Of a DNA stretch of 64,000 nucleotides, positions 45,284 through 54,705 are shown piece after piece. The stretch's first letter is position 1; each line of letters begins with the position of its first letter. Source of the stretch: Chloroflexota bacterium (GTDB lineage Bacteria; Chloroflexota; UBA11872); assembly GCA_965263175.1 (NCBI GenBank), contig OZ253587.1:136105-200104 (forward strand), in the 5' to 3' direction. The notes below the pieces were generated by a model. The model was not told the DNA's origin. It was given only the letters and a program-made list of their open reading frames with translations, and searched no databases. A program made the position numbers and the translations under genes.

Positions 45284-46005
45284 CTGTCGGGGCGCCTCGC
45301 AGTCAATGATCCGCCTTTCGTTAAACCACTGGGGGACAACAGCCCTACCAGGCGCGCCAATTCCGCTCTCTGGCACCGGTTCATCCGTGAATTGGACAGG
45401 AATTGGCTCCAGCCGATAAACCGCCTGCCCAGCAATTCGCCACAGAACAAAGACGTCCCAAGACTCCTATCCACCCGCTGCTCGAATCGCGTCCCGAAGA
45501 TGCGTTCCAGCCGCTCAACAACCGTCCTGCCATTGCCCAGCAGCAACCTGATGTTGGGGCTATCGTGCAGTACTCTCTCAAAGAACGGCAGGCCGTCCTC
45601 GATCAACCTGTCCTGAATCCGCCTGTCCAACTTCCCCCATAAGGGATCGGTAGGCCACTGCACGATATCCAGAGAACAGGCCAGGTGAGGCTGACGGGCA
45701 ACGTAGCGGCCGCCGTACGACGCGCCGCACGCGTTGAGAATCGGCTCCAAGGCCGTGAAATACCTGTACCTGTGGTTCTCGAAGTACCGACGCTTGTCTT
45801 CCCACACCTGTTCGGCGCCGCCCGCTTTCATTGACGGATAGTTGCTGCGGTGCCAGACGCCATGAGGATTGATGCCAACGGTTGCGACGCCGGCGACGCT
45901 CACGTGGCCCTCGACGACCTGGGGCAGCGCTCCCGGTGGCACGCAGCAACCGTCAGGTGGCGCTGCGTCTCGGATGCAGGCGGGATAGTCCAACCCTCGG
46001 GTCAT
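45280..46005 (-). CDS. hypothetical protein
   Basis: ORF with genome-typical GC3. Overlaps the oxidoreductase stop by 4 nt. No recognised motif. Confidence 0.3.
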   Translation of the reverse strand: MTRGLDYPACIRDAAPPDGCCVPPGALPQVVEGHVSVAGVATVGINPHGVWHRSNYPSMKAGGAEQVWEDKRRYFENHRYRYFTALEPILNACGASYGGRYVARQPHLACSLDIVQWPTDPLWGKLDRRIQDRLIEDGLPFFERVLHDSPNIRLLLGNGRTVVERLERIFGTRFEQRVDRSLGTSLFCGELLGRRFIGWSQFLSNSRMNRCQRAELARLVGLLSPSGLTKGGSLTARRPDS

Positions 46006-46398
46006 CTATCGATCCTCCATGTAGTAGTCAGCAGATACCACAGCTACCGCCGAACACGCGGGCGGGCGCCCATCCACTCCTACCTCCGCACCCCCCGCAC
46101 CACCGCGTCCGCGACGGCGGCCTCAACGCGCCACTCACACTTCGTTCAGCATTCGCGCGTCAGCGGTCACGGGCCACCTCAGGCGCTCTGCAGGTACTCC
46201 AGGGCTTTGACGTAGCTGCGCCGTTGCAGGAAGTGGCGCAGCTGCGGTGGGATATCCGCGCCCAGCGACTGGGTCAGGCTGTCCACGCGGCCCAGCGCGG
46301 CCTGTAGCTCGGCGGCTGGGGCCGGCGGCGGGCCGATGGCCCGCAGCAGGCTCTCCAGCGCATTCGTCAGTTCGGCTCGGCCGTCGCTCACCTCGCGG

Positions 46399-46845
46399 CT
46401 AGCCCGCCAGCGTGGCCGAGACGGAAATCTCCACGTTGCCGCGAATCGCGTTGGAGATCGGGCAGCCGGCCTCGCCCTGCGCGGCCAGGTCGGCAAAGCC
46501 TGCCTGGTCCAGCCCGGGGACCACGCCCTCCACGCTCAGCGAGCTGCTGCCCACCTTGAAGCCACCGGCCGGCAGCGGCTCGAACGTGACGGAGGCGGAC
46601 ACCCGCAGCTCCTCGGGCGGATGGCCGGCTTCGGCCAGCGTGTGCGAGAACGCCATGGCATAGCAGCTGGCGTGCGAGGCGGCCAGCAGTTCCTCCGGGC
46701 TGGTTTTGCCGCCCGGCCCCTCGGTGCGCGCGGGCCAGCTCACGGCCTGCGCCGTCATTGCGCCGCTTCCCACGTCGAACGTTCCCGTTCCTTCAATCAA
46801 GTTGCCGCGCCAGACGACGTCGGCTCTTCGGACGATGTCCGCCAT
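46399..46845 (-). CDS. OsmC/Ohr family protein
   Basis: GTGTFDVGSGAMTAQ...TSPEELLAASHASCYAMAF matches the OsmC signature, including the conserved Cys. Confidence 0.65.
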   Translation of the reverse strand: MADIVRRADVVWRGNLIEGTGTFDVGSGAMTAQAVSWPARTEGPGGKTSPEELLAASHASCYAMAFSHTLAEAGHPPEELRVSASVTFEPLPAGGFKVGSSSLSVEGVVPGLDQAGFADLAAQGEAGCPISNAIRGNVEISVSATLAG

Positions 46846-47037
46846 AACGTTCCCTCTCCGTCACGTGACCGCAGTGATCCCACCGCGGATTGTCGCCTTT
46901 GTCGGCCATGCTTACCACACGCGGTGCGTGTGGCGGCGTCGCAGCGTTCGCCGGTCAGGCGGCCCGTACAGGTTTGACGGCCGACGCAGCCCGCCCGGTT
47001 TGGTTGCGGCTGGCAACCTCGCTATAGTGCCTGTCCC

Positions 47038-47739
47038 TTGCCTATGGGCTTTGCCAACGCCGTCCGCCAACTCCGCGAGCAGCGTCGCCTCACCAAGGCG
47101 GCGCTCGCTGTGCGTTGCGGACTGGCCCCCTCGTACCTCTCCCGGCTCGAAAGCGGCGACTACAAGAGTCCAACCGTCGCCACCCTGGTAACGCTGGCCC
47201 ATGGCCTGGAAGTTGACCCGCGCGACCTGTTGGTGCTGGCGGGCTACGTGCCGGACGACATGGCCAGCACTCGCCGGCGGTTCGCCGAAGAGACCATTGC
47301 CAGCGTGGCGGAATCAGCCATTCGCTCCATCTCGCGCACGGTCAGCGCCACGCTCAACCCCGACCAGGATGACAGCGACGACGAGCCGCTGAATGTGGAC
47401 CGGGCGCTGCTGGCGGAACGGTTGCGCACGCACCGCCGCACGGCACGTCGAACGACCCGGCAAGTCGCGCGGCAAGCCGGTGTGCGCGTGAGCGTGATCA
47501 CCGACGTCGAGGCGGGCCGCGAACTCTCCACGCCGGTCGACTTGGCACAAGTGCTCACCCGCGGCTACGCCCTGGCGACGGCTGAGGTGGACGATTTGCT
47601 ATTCGAGGTTGGACTCAGCCAGTACCTGGCCGACGACATCGTCCTGTCGTCCGAGTCGCGGCGGATGACCCTCGAGTTCGCGCGCCTGGCGCGGATTCGC
47701 GACCGCCACAGCCGCCAGGGTCCCGGCCTGATCGACTAA
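47038..47739 (+). CDS. transcriptional regulator with two XRE-family HTH domains
   Basis: LTKAALAVRCGLAPSYLSRLESGD and RRTTRQVARQAGVRVSVITDVEAGRE. Confidence 0.55.
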   Translation: MPMGFANAVRQLREQRRLTKAALAVRCGLAPSYLSRLESGDYKSPTVATLVTLAHGLEVDPRDLLVLAGYVPDDMASTRRRFAEETIASVAESAIRSISRTVSATLNPDQDDSDDEPLNVDRALLAERLRTHRRTARRTTRQVARQAGVRVSVITDVEAGRELSTPVDLAQVLTRGYALATAEVDDLLFEVGLSQYLADDIVLSSESRRMTLEFARLARIRDRHSRQGPGLID

Positions 47740-47815
47740 CGCGCTGCGTCGGGCCACCCCCGGAGTGCCGGGATGTCCTCCGGTCAGTTTCGCGGAGACC
47801 GCGCGTCGCCGGCGG

Positions 47816-49606
47816 TTAGCTGCTGGCCACGACGCCGACGGCCAGCGAGCTCGCGTTGGTCGTGGGCAGCCCCTGGGCACCCGTGAAGGCGGTCCAGGTT
47901 GAGCCGTCAAAGCGCCCCACCCCACCGTCGGTTGCCACCCAGATGTGACCCCGGCTGTCCTCCGCCAGCGCCCGCACGCTGTTTGAGGGGAGCCCTGAGT
48001 TCGCGACGTTGGCCGTGGAGAACACGTTGTTCTCGAACCAGCTCACACCTCCGGCGGTCGCGACCCAGACCGTTCCATCGCTGGCAACCAGGATGTCGCG
48101 GACGCTGTTACTCCCAAGCCCTTCGCCGGAGTCGAAATGGTCCCACGCCAATGGGTTGCGCGTGCGCGACACGCCGGCGTCGGCCGTGCCGAACCACAAG
48201 GCCCCGTCCAAGTCCACCTCGACAGCGGTGACGTTGTTGCTGGGAATGCCCGAGTTGTCTTTGCTGTAGAAAAACCAGGTCTTGGCGATCTCGTTGTACA
48301 GCGCGGCGCCCTTCGCCGTGGCAAACGAAAGGCCTCCCTCAGGTCCCGCGATCACGCGCACCCGGCGCACGTCCGAGCTTGGCAGGCTGGTGTTGTCGGA
48401 GCGGAACCGGTACCAGTCCTGGCCGTCGAAGCGGCTGGCGCCCTGCCGCTTATGGGCCATCCAGAGGGCATTCGCCAACTGCCCCCCGGCCAGGGACGTG
48501 ACGTTGTCAGCTCCGATCCCGTTGCTCGTGGTCGCCCGGCGGAATTCCGCGCCTTCCCCGTTCCGGTTGAACCGGAAGAGGCCCGCGTCCGTACCGGCCC
48601 AGATCTGGCCATCCTTGTCCACGAGGACCGCCTGGACCCGATTGGTGCTCAGCACCGATCGGTCCACGTCGAGCTGGCGCCAGGTGGCGCCGTCGTAGAG
48701 GAGGACTCCGCCGTCCGTGGTGCCCACCACAATCAGCTCCCCCGTGGAACTGAGGGAGTCAGGCGCGGGCGTCAGCGTAGCGGCTGCCGTGGGCGACGGG
48801 GTGGGCGCCGTGAACTCGACGATCCGCGGGCTGTAGATCTGCCCGGACGCCACCGGCACGGCGGCGCTGAAGACGCCAAACCCCTGCCAGACGCTTGCCG
48901 GGTATTTCTGGTTGCGTAGGTCGTCGCCCAGGAGTCGCAGCTTGACCGGGGCCTGGGAATCCTGCTGGTGGTACTCGATGACCGCGGACTGAAAGTACTG
49001 CCGGATGAAGCCGGTGGTGGCCGCCGCGATGTGCACGGTGCCGGGCGCGTTGGTGTCGATCCGGGCTTCGGTCTTGGGGAACCCAAAGGCCTGCACGCCG
49101 CCAAAGGCGTTGAAGAAGTCAAGGAAGCCGGTCCGTCTGCCGCCAACCGAGTAGTTCGAAACCTTGTGGTTCCACGGCCCCAGCTGCTCGCCGCTGTTGT
49201 TGTTCAGCGTTCCGGGTTCCACGCCAAGGTCGAGACTGCCGCCCACGCCGCCGCCGAAGTAGTCCCAGGTAAGCCGCCGCTCAAGGACGTAGATGTTGCC
49301 GAGGTCGGCTCGCCGGTGAAAGTCAACCACGCCCCGCTGGTAGTACTGCGTGAGGGTGCCGCTCTCCTCAAGGTGGACCTCGGACGTCGGGAATCCCCAC
49401 CGCGGCAGGCCGCCGGTGCTGTCGTAGAAGGCCTGGAAATCGGCCGTGAGGGTTTCGCTGCCTACCGTCACGCTCAGCCGCGGAATGTTGTGCTGGAGCG
49501 CCGCATTGCCCGGCGCGCTGACGAACGTGTTGTCGAGGACCGTAATCTGCCCAAAGCCGGATGTGACCTGGGCGGTGAGGGTCGCAGGACCTAGGGCCAG
49601 GGCCAT
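47816..49606 (-). CDS. secreted beta-propeller protein (two-component-regulator propeller/Reg_prop repeats) with N-terminal LGFP-like repeats
   Basis: Repeated GxIWxGTxxGLxRF-type motifs (GQIWAGTDAGLFRF, ALWFGTADAGVSR, TVWVATAGGVSWF, HIWVATDGGVGRFDG). The start and any signal peptide are unclear because there is no canonical upstream start codon. Confidence 0.5.
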   Translation of the reverse strand: MALALGPATLTAQVTSGFGQITVLDNTFVSAPGNAALQHNIPRLSVTVGSETLTADFQAFYDSTGGLPRWGFPTSEVHLEESGTLTQYYQRGVVDFHRRADLGNIYVLERRLTWDYFGGGVGGSLDLGVEPGTLNNNSGEQLGPWNHKVSNYSVGGRRTGFLDFFNAFGGVQAFGFPKTEARIDTNAPGTVHIAAATTGFIRQYFQSAVIEYHQQDSQAPVKLRLLGDDLRNQKYPASVWQGFGVFSAAVPVASGQIYSPRIVEFTAPTPSPTAAATLTPAPDSLSSTGELIVVGTTDGGVLLYDGATWRQLDVDRSVLSTNRVQAVLVDKDGQIWAGTDAGLFRFNRNGEGAEFRRATTSNGIGADNVTSLAGGQLANALWMAHKRQGASRFDGQDWYRFRSDNTSLPSSDVRRVRVIAGPEGGLSFATAKGAALYNEIAKTWFFYSKDNSGIPSNNVTAVEVDLDGALWFGTADAGVSRTRNPLAWDHFDSGEGLGSNSVRDILVASDGTVWVATAGGVSWFENNVFSTANVANSGLPSNSVRALAEDSRGHIWVATDGGVGRFDGSTWTAFTGAQGLPTTNASSLAVGVVASS

Positions 49607-50032
49607 CAGCAGGGCGATGGCCGCGATACCGAGCGTGACGCGTACGCGGGTCAGCTGCGCGACCCTTCCTTCGTCGCTACGGACAACTGCGCCACCGTCA
49701 TGTCCATTCGAGGGTACGCAGCGCCAGCGGCGCCACCATCGATCAGGATTATAGGTAATACCGCCAGCGCCGCCACTGGTTCCTAGCCGGTCGCCAGGCC
49801 AGCGACGACCACCACCAGCGTGAGAGCGACGCCGAGGCCCGCACTGAGGGCCAAGTCTCGGCGCAGGTGCGGCAACGAAGCCAATGACAGCGCCCTGCGA
49901 TCGGTGGTGGCAGTCGCGGCGACTGCCGTCGGCGCGGCGGCGAGCCGTCCGGGGGTCTCGGCGGCCACCGTCGGCCGGCGCACGGTGGGCCGGATCGGCG
50001 CGCGGCGGCGGCGGCGGGTTGACCGCCGTCGG

Positions 50033-50737
50033 TTAGCCATCCGTTCCCTCCTGGCGGCCAGTTGGCGCAGACCCTGCGTGGCCCGCGTCGGAAGCAGCGC
50101 CGCCCGGCCGGCGGCGCTGCCGGCACCGTCGGAACTCCCAGCGCACGAGCAGTCCTCCCATGATGCCTGTTGCGAACCCGCCGAGGTGAGCTTGCCACGC
50201 AACGTCCGCGTCAAGCAGCTCCGGCGCCTGGGCCAGAGCGCCGAACAGTTGCACCGAGAGCCAGAGGCCGCCGGCCGCCAGCCCCGCCCAACCGCCGACC
50301 GTCACCACGCCGATGAGACCAGCCACACCCGCGCTGGCCCCGATGGTCGGGATGATCGACCCGCTGTTCAGCAGCGCGTGGCACCCCCCGCCAACCGTCA
50401 CCCCCGCGGTCCAAATGGCGGCAAACCGCCACCAGCCGATCGCGCGCTCACCCATTGATCCAAGCACCGCGATGAACGCAAGGTTGACCACCAAATGCGC
50501 CAGGTTGCCGTGAAGAAAGGAGGAGCTCAGCAGCGTCAGTGCGTACGGCGCCGGCGCGCCCGGGATCGAGAATCGCTCTCCATGAAACAGCACCGCGGGG
50601 ATCAGCCCGTAGCGGACGATCCACTCCTGCCCCGCCGGCCCCTGAAGGGCCTGGAGAAGAAAGACCGCGGTGTTGGCCACCAGGAGCGCGCCAGCCACCG
50701 GGCTCGGCCGCCAGACGCCGTTCCGCCAGCGCTTCAT
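50033..50737 (-). CDS. rhomboid family intramembrane serine protease
   Basis: GASAGVAGLIG (GxSG) and AHLGGFATGIMGG (AHxxGxxxG) catalytic motifs. Multi-TM. Confidence 0.7.
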   Translation of the reverse strand: MKRWRNGVWRPSPVAGALLVANTAVFLLQALQGPAGQEWIVRYGLIPAVLFHGERFSIPGAPAPYALTLLSSSFLHGNLAHLVVNLAFIAVLGSMGERAIGWWRFAAIWTAGVTVGGGCHALLNSGSIIPTIGASAGVAGLIGVVTVGGWAGLAAGGLWLSVQLFGALAQAPELLDADVAWQAHLGGFATGIMGGLLVRWEFRRCRQRRRPGGAASDAGHAGSAPTGRQEGTDG

Positions 50738-50746
50738 GTGATCAGC

Positions 50747-51577
50747 TCAGTCCGGCAGCAGCATGCTCAGCAGCGTGTCCAGATCCTCCGGATCTCGGTA
50801 TTCGATCTGGATGCGACCACGCTTCCGGGTACCCACAAAGCGAACGCGGGTTCCCAGCCGCCACTGCAAGCGCTCGGCGACATGCGCCAACTCGACGTCG
50901 GGCGGGGACGGTGGCGCCAGGATGCGGCGGGCCGCCCGCTCGGCCTGCCGCAGATTGAGGCGACCGGTCAGCATGCGCAGAAACAGCCGCTGCCGCATTA
51001 GCGGGTCGGATATGCCCACCAGGGTGCGGCCGTGACTCTCGGTGATACGGCCCTCGGCCAGCGCCTGCTGCATCTCCGCGTCCAGCCGCTGCAGCCGCAG
51101 CGTGTTAGCCACCGCCGACCGGCTCAAGCCCACCACGGCCGCCACCTGCGCTTGGGTCAGTCCAAAGTCATCGATCAGTGCCTGGTAGGCGTGTGCTCGC
51201 TCCATCGGCCCCAGGTCGCTGCGCTGCACGTTCTCGACCAACGCCAGTTCAACCCGACGCCGAGCGTCGGCTGCGATGATCGTGACCGGAATCTCGGCCA
51301 GCCCCGCCGTGCGCGCCGCTCGCCAGCGGCGCTCGCCAGCCACCAGCAGAAAGTATCCCGGCCGCTCGATTGACGGCGTAACCAACAGCGCCTGGAGCAC
51401 GCCGTGACGTCGAATCGACGCCCCCAGGGCCGCCTCTTCTTGCGCGTCAAAACGCCGCCGCGGCTGTTCTGGATTCGGTTCAATACGGTCAAGCGGAACC
51501 GAGCGATGGTCACTGCGTATGTCGGCTGGGAAGTCAGTCACGCCGTGGTCGGATGCCATCTGATGAATCGCCACCAC
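50747..51577 (-). CDS. parB: chromosome partitioning protein ParB/Spo0J
   Basis: PEQPRRRFD (box I), VAGERRWRAA (ParB box II GERRxRA), HTH, and a C-terminal dimerisation region. Confidence 0.8.
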   Translation of the reverse strand: MVAIHQMASDHGVTDFPADIRSDHRSVPLDRIEPNPEQPRRRFDAQEEAALGASIRRHGVLQALLVTPSIERPGYFLLVAGERRWRAARTAGLAEIPVTIIAADARRRVELALVENVQRSDLGPMERAHAYQALIDDFGLTQAQVAAVVGLSRSAVANTLRLQRLDAEMQQALAEGRITESHGRTLVGISDPLMRQRLFLRMLTGRLNLRQAERAARRILAPPSPPDVELAHVAERLQWRLGTRVRFVGTRKRGRIQIEYRDPEDLDTLLSMLLPD

Positions 51578-51968
51578 CGCTAGCTGACACGCGTTCCGTA
51601 TACGATTAGCTTACATTACCTCGGATGGGCTGTCCAGCAACTGCGCGTCGGTACTCCGAAACAATACGGCTCGCCACGCGATTCATCGCGCGCCCCTGTC
51701 AGGATCATGCCGTGCGCGCTGGGGCGCACCCAGAACACTCCGGTCCTGCTAACAGGGCTGGGGTTCTTTGTTAAGAAGAGTTGGCCGTAGTCGTAGTCGG
51801 AGCGTGAGTGCTGGGGAAAGAAGGCTGCGCGCGAGCGCGGCACTCCTTTGTGGTGGGTGTCCCGCGGCTCAAGTGGCAGGAGATCCGGCTGTGGACGGGC
51901 TGGGCACATGAGCGGAAACGGCTGGAACCAGGGTCATCGTGTGGGCTGAGGAGCACGAATGTACGCGG

Positions 51969-52019
51969 TGTATCCACACCTGCAGGCAGTTATCCACACA
52001 AAAGAGCCGGTAATCCACA
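51969..52019. promoter_or_regulatory. cluster of three DnaA boxes (TGTATCCACA, TTATCCACA, TAATCCACA), candidate oriC element
   Basis: Three direct-orientation 9-mers, each within one mismatch of TTATCCACA, inside 51 bp. They sit in the 460-bp non-coding gap between dnaA and parB. Confidence 0.65.
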
Positions 52020-52038
52020 GTGGGGGGTCTTTTGGGGG

Positions 52039-53397
52039 CTATGCCGCCAGATGGGCGCGGATCGCTTCGATATCTGCTTTGAGCTGGTCCTCGAGCTTCA
52101 GCCGGCGCTCAATCTTGGCGCAGCCGTACATCACCGTGGTGTGGTCACGGCCGCCGAGAACCCGGCCAATCTCGGGCAGGGTCTCCTGCCCGTCGTTGCG
52201 CATCAGATACATGGCGACCTGGCGTGCGCCAGCGGTCCGGGCGTCGCGGCGCTTCCCCAGCAGGGCGTCTTGCGAGATATCGAAGTGCTGGCCGGTGGCC
52301 GCCAGGATGGCGGTCGGCGCGGGCGGGCGGTCGGCAGTTGCCCGCCCGAGGCCCGACAGCGCCTTCTCGGCGGCGGCCGGCTCAAGCGGCAGCCCGTGCA
52401 GCTCGGCGTAGATCAGCGTGCGGGTCAGGGCGCCTTCCAGCTCGCGGACGTTGCGGGTGATCTTGTCCGCGAGATAGTCAACCATGTCGTCCGGCAGGCT
52501 GACGCCGGCCGCCGCGGCCTGCTGGTGCAGAATCATGCGCCGCAAGTCCAGGTCGGGCGCCTGAACGTCGGCGACCAGACCGACCTCGAACCGGCTGCGC
52601 AGACGCGCTTCAAGGCGTGCAATCTCGCGCGGCGGGCGGTCGCTGGTGAGCACGATCTGCCCGCCGGCTTCGTAGATGGCGTTGAACGTGTGGAACATTT
52701 CTTCCTGCGAGGCCTCGGTGCGCGAGAGGAACTCAACGTCGTCCACCATCAGCAGGTCAACGGTGCGATAGCGCTCGCGGAAGCGACGGCGACGGTCACC
52801 CCGGCTCTCGGTGCGGATCGCGTGTAACAGGTCGTTGACAAACGTCTCGCAGGGTACGTACCGCATGCGGGTCTCGGGACGACGCGCCAGCACGGCGTGG
52901 CCGATGGCGTGCAGGAGATGCGTCTTGCCCAGACCGACCCCGCTGTAGAGAAAGAGCGGGTTATACACGTCACCCGGCCGCTCGCTCACCCGCAGTGCCG
53001 CGGCGTGCGGTAAGCGGTTCGACGAACCCACCATGAAGCGCTCAAAGGTGTAGCGGGGGTTGAGCCGCGCCCCGAGGGACCCGGCGCGGTCGGCAGCGGG
53101 CGCCGGTGCCGGCGGCGGCTCCCCCAGCCATGCGGGTGGGCCCGCAGGTTGGTCAGCCTGCACGACAAATGTAACGTTGACATCACCGCCGTGCGCCTTC
53201 GACACCGCGCGCGCGACCAGCTCGCGGTACCGCCGCGTGACGATTTCCTTGGCGAATACGGTCGGGACGGCTACGACGATCTCGTGGCCGCCGGCGCGGA
53301 CGAACCGCGCATCCCGAAACCAGGCGGCATAGTCCGCCTTTGGAACCTCAACTTGCAGCGCCCCGAGGGCGGCCTCCCATGTCCGTTGACTCAGCAT
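52039..53397 (-). CDS. dnaA: chromosomal replication initiator protein DnaA
   Basis: NPRYTFERFMVGSSNRLPHAAA, LFLYSGVGLGKTHLLHAIGH (Walker A), and a C-terminal DnaA-box-binding domain (ARQVAMYLMR...). The alternative start is 53424. Confidence 0.85.
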   Translation of the reverse strand: MLSQRTWEAALGALQVEVPKADYAAWFRDARFVRAGGHEIVVAVPTVFAKEIVTRRYRELVARAVSKAHGGDVNVTFVVQADQPAGPPAWLGEPPPAPAPAADRAGSLGARLNPRYTFERFMVGSSNRLPHAAALRVSERPGDVYNPLFLYSGVGLGKTHLLHAIGHAVLARRPETRMRYVPCETFVNDLLHAIRTESRGDRRRRFRERYRTVDLLMVDDVEFLSRTEASQEEMFHTFNAIYEAGGQIVLTSDRPPREIARLEARLRSRFEVGLVADVQAPDLDLRRMILHQQAAAAGVSLPDDMVDYLADKITRNVRELEGALTRTLIYAELHGLPLEPAAAEKALSGLGRATADRPPAPTAILAATGQHFDISQDALLGKRRDARTAGARQVAMYLMRNDGQETLPEIGRVLGGRDHTTVMYGCAKIERRLKLEDQLKADIEAIRAHLAA

Positions 53398-53861
53398 TCC
53401 ATCCCCAAGCTCCGCACCGCGCATTTGATGCGGGACGAAGAGGCTACCAGACCGTCGTCGGCAAAGCTGAGCACACCAAACCTGTTAAGAAAGGGAACAA
53501 CTGGAACGATAGAGGTTATTTTAGTGACGATTTGGGCCACCCGACGGCTGAGTGGACCGTGTGCCCGGCCCGGCCTATCGGCTCCGCTTCAAGACAGCGG
53601 GCCAAGAGCCGCGGCGGGGACGTTACGCGTGACAAGCCAGATTGCACCAACCTGAGTTTGAATTAGTCAGTTTCCGGCGCTTCCTTGCTGTCGTCGAGAT
53701 GGGCAGCGTGGTTCCGAACCTGAAACGAAAGCACCGTTACGAAGTCACGGTTACCAAAGTAACCAGACGCGCGGTCTACCCGTGGTCGCGACGCCTGCGC
53801 GGTCATAGAATTGGGCGCAATTCGCGACGCCTGCCGTGCTCACGTGAAAGGGTTGATTCCT

Positions 53862-54023
53862 ATGCGATTGATAACCGGCGCCCTGGCGGCCATCGGTCTG
53901 ATGGTCGTGCTCATCCTCGTCGTCGCGGTGGGAGTCTTTGCCTACGACGAGGCGAAACGGCGCCTGGTGGGCGATGAGTTTGCGCCCGAACCGCCGACCG
54001 AAGGTCCGCCAACTAACGGTTAG
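53862..54023 (+). CDS. small membrane protein (53 aa)
   Basis: MRLITGALAAIGLMVVLILVVAVGVFAYDEAKRRL... with an AAAGGG RBS-like sequence upstream. Confidence 0.3.
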   Translation: MRLITGALAAIGLMVVLILVVAVGVFAYDEAKRRLVGDEFAPEPPTEGPPTNG

Positions 54024-54589
54024 CCCGTCAGCCAGCCCAGCAGCTGCAGGCCGGCTGCGCCGGCCCAGGCGAAGCCGATGTTCTTGACGGCCCGACCCGG
54101 CCATGACACCAGCATGAAGCGCAGCACGCCAAAGCGGGTGGCGCCGGCGATCATGCCGGCGATGTCAAAAAATGGGTTGGGGATCAAGGCCATCACGAAC
54201 AGGGTCAGCCCGCCGTAGCGGTTCATCCAGCCGCTGACCCGTTCGTAGCCCTTCATGCGGCCCAGGGCACCCTTGCCGGACCAGCCCACGTAGTAGCCGG
54301 AGAGCTCGCCGAGCGTCTGACCGGTGGCGGCCACCAGCCCCACGGCCCAGATGTTGTCCAGCGCCGCGGCAAAGACGCCCACGCTGACGGCGGCGGGCGC
54401 CGGCAGGATCAGGGTGGCGGCGCCGACGGCGGTGATGAGGAAGACGGCCGCGTAGCCGGCGCCCTGCAGTCGCTCGCGCAGCAGGTCGGCGTACACGACG
54501 GCCAGGACGGCGATGGCGAAGACGCCCAGCAGACCGAGGGCCTGCGCCGCAAGCCGCCAGCGGCGGTGTGCGGCCGAAGGTGTGACCAT
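54020..54589 (-). CDS. DedA/TVP38 (SNARE-associated, VTT domain) family membrane protein
   Basis: GQTLGELSGYYVGWSGKGAL and FFDIAGMIAGATRF match the DedA signature. Confidence 0.65.
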   Translation of the reverse strand: MVTPSAAHRRWRLAAQALGLLGVFAIAVLAVVYADLLRERLQGAGYAAVFLITAVGAATLILPAPAAVSVGVFAAALDNIWAVGLVAATGQTLGELSGYYVGWSGKGALGRMKGYERVSGWMNRYGGLTLFVMALIPNPFFDIAGMIAGATRFGVLRFMLVSWPGRAVKNIGFAWAGAAGLQLLGWLTG

Positions 54590-54705
54590 CACGCAAGCTC
54601 CCGGTTCCGAGGCTTCACCGAAGGGCCGCGAACTCGCGGCCGTGCAGCGCGTAGCCTTGAGTGGACGACACACGAAGGACCGCGGCCGCGCGGCGAGACG
54701 GGGCT

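Noticed and set aside
46179-46392. about 70-aa minus-strand ORF (…ELTNALESLLRAIGPPPAPAAELQAALGRVDSLTQSL…) upstream of the OsmC gene
   Set aside because: GTG-start candidate with plausible GC3 but no motif, and it overlaps the OsmC 5' region. Too weak to annotate.
51808-52827. 339-aa plus-strand ORF across the DnaA-box region and dnaA 3' half
   Set aside because: Antisense to dnaA and runs through the non-coding origin region. No motif.
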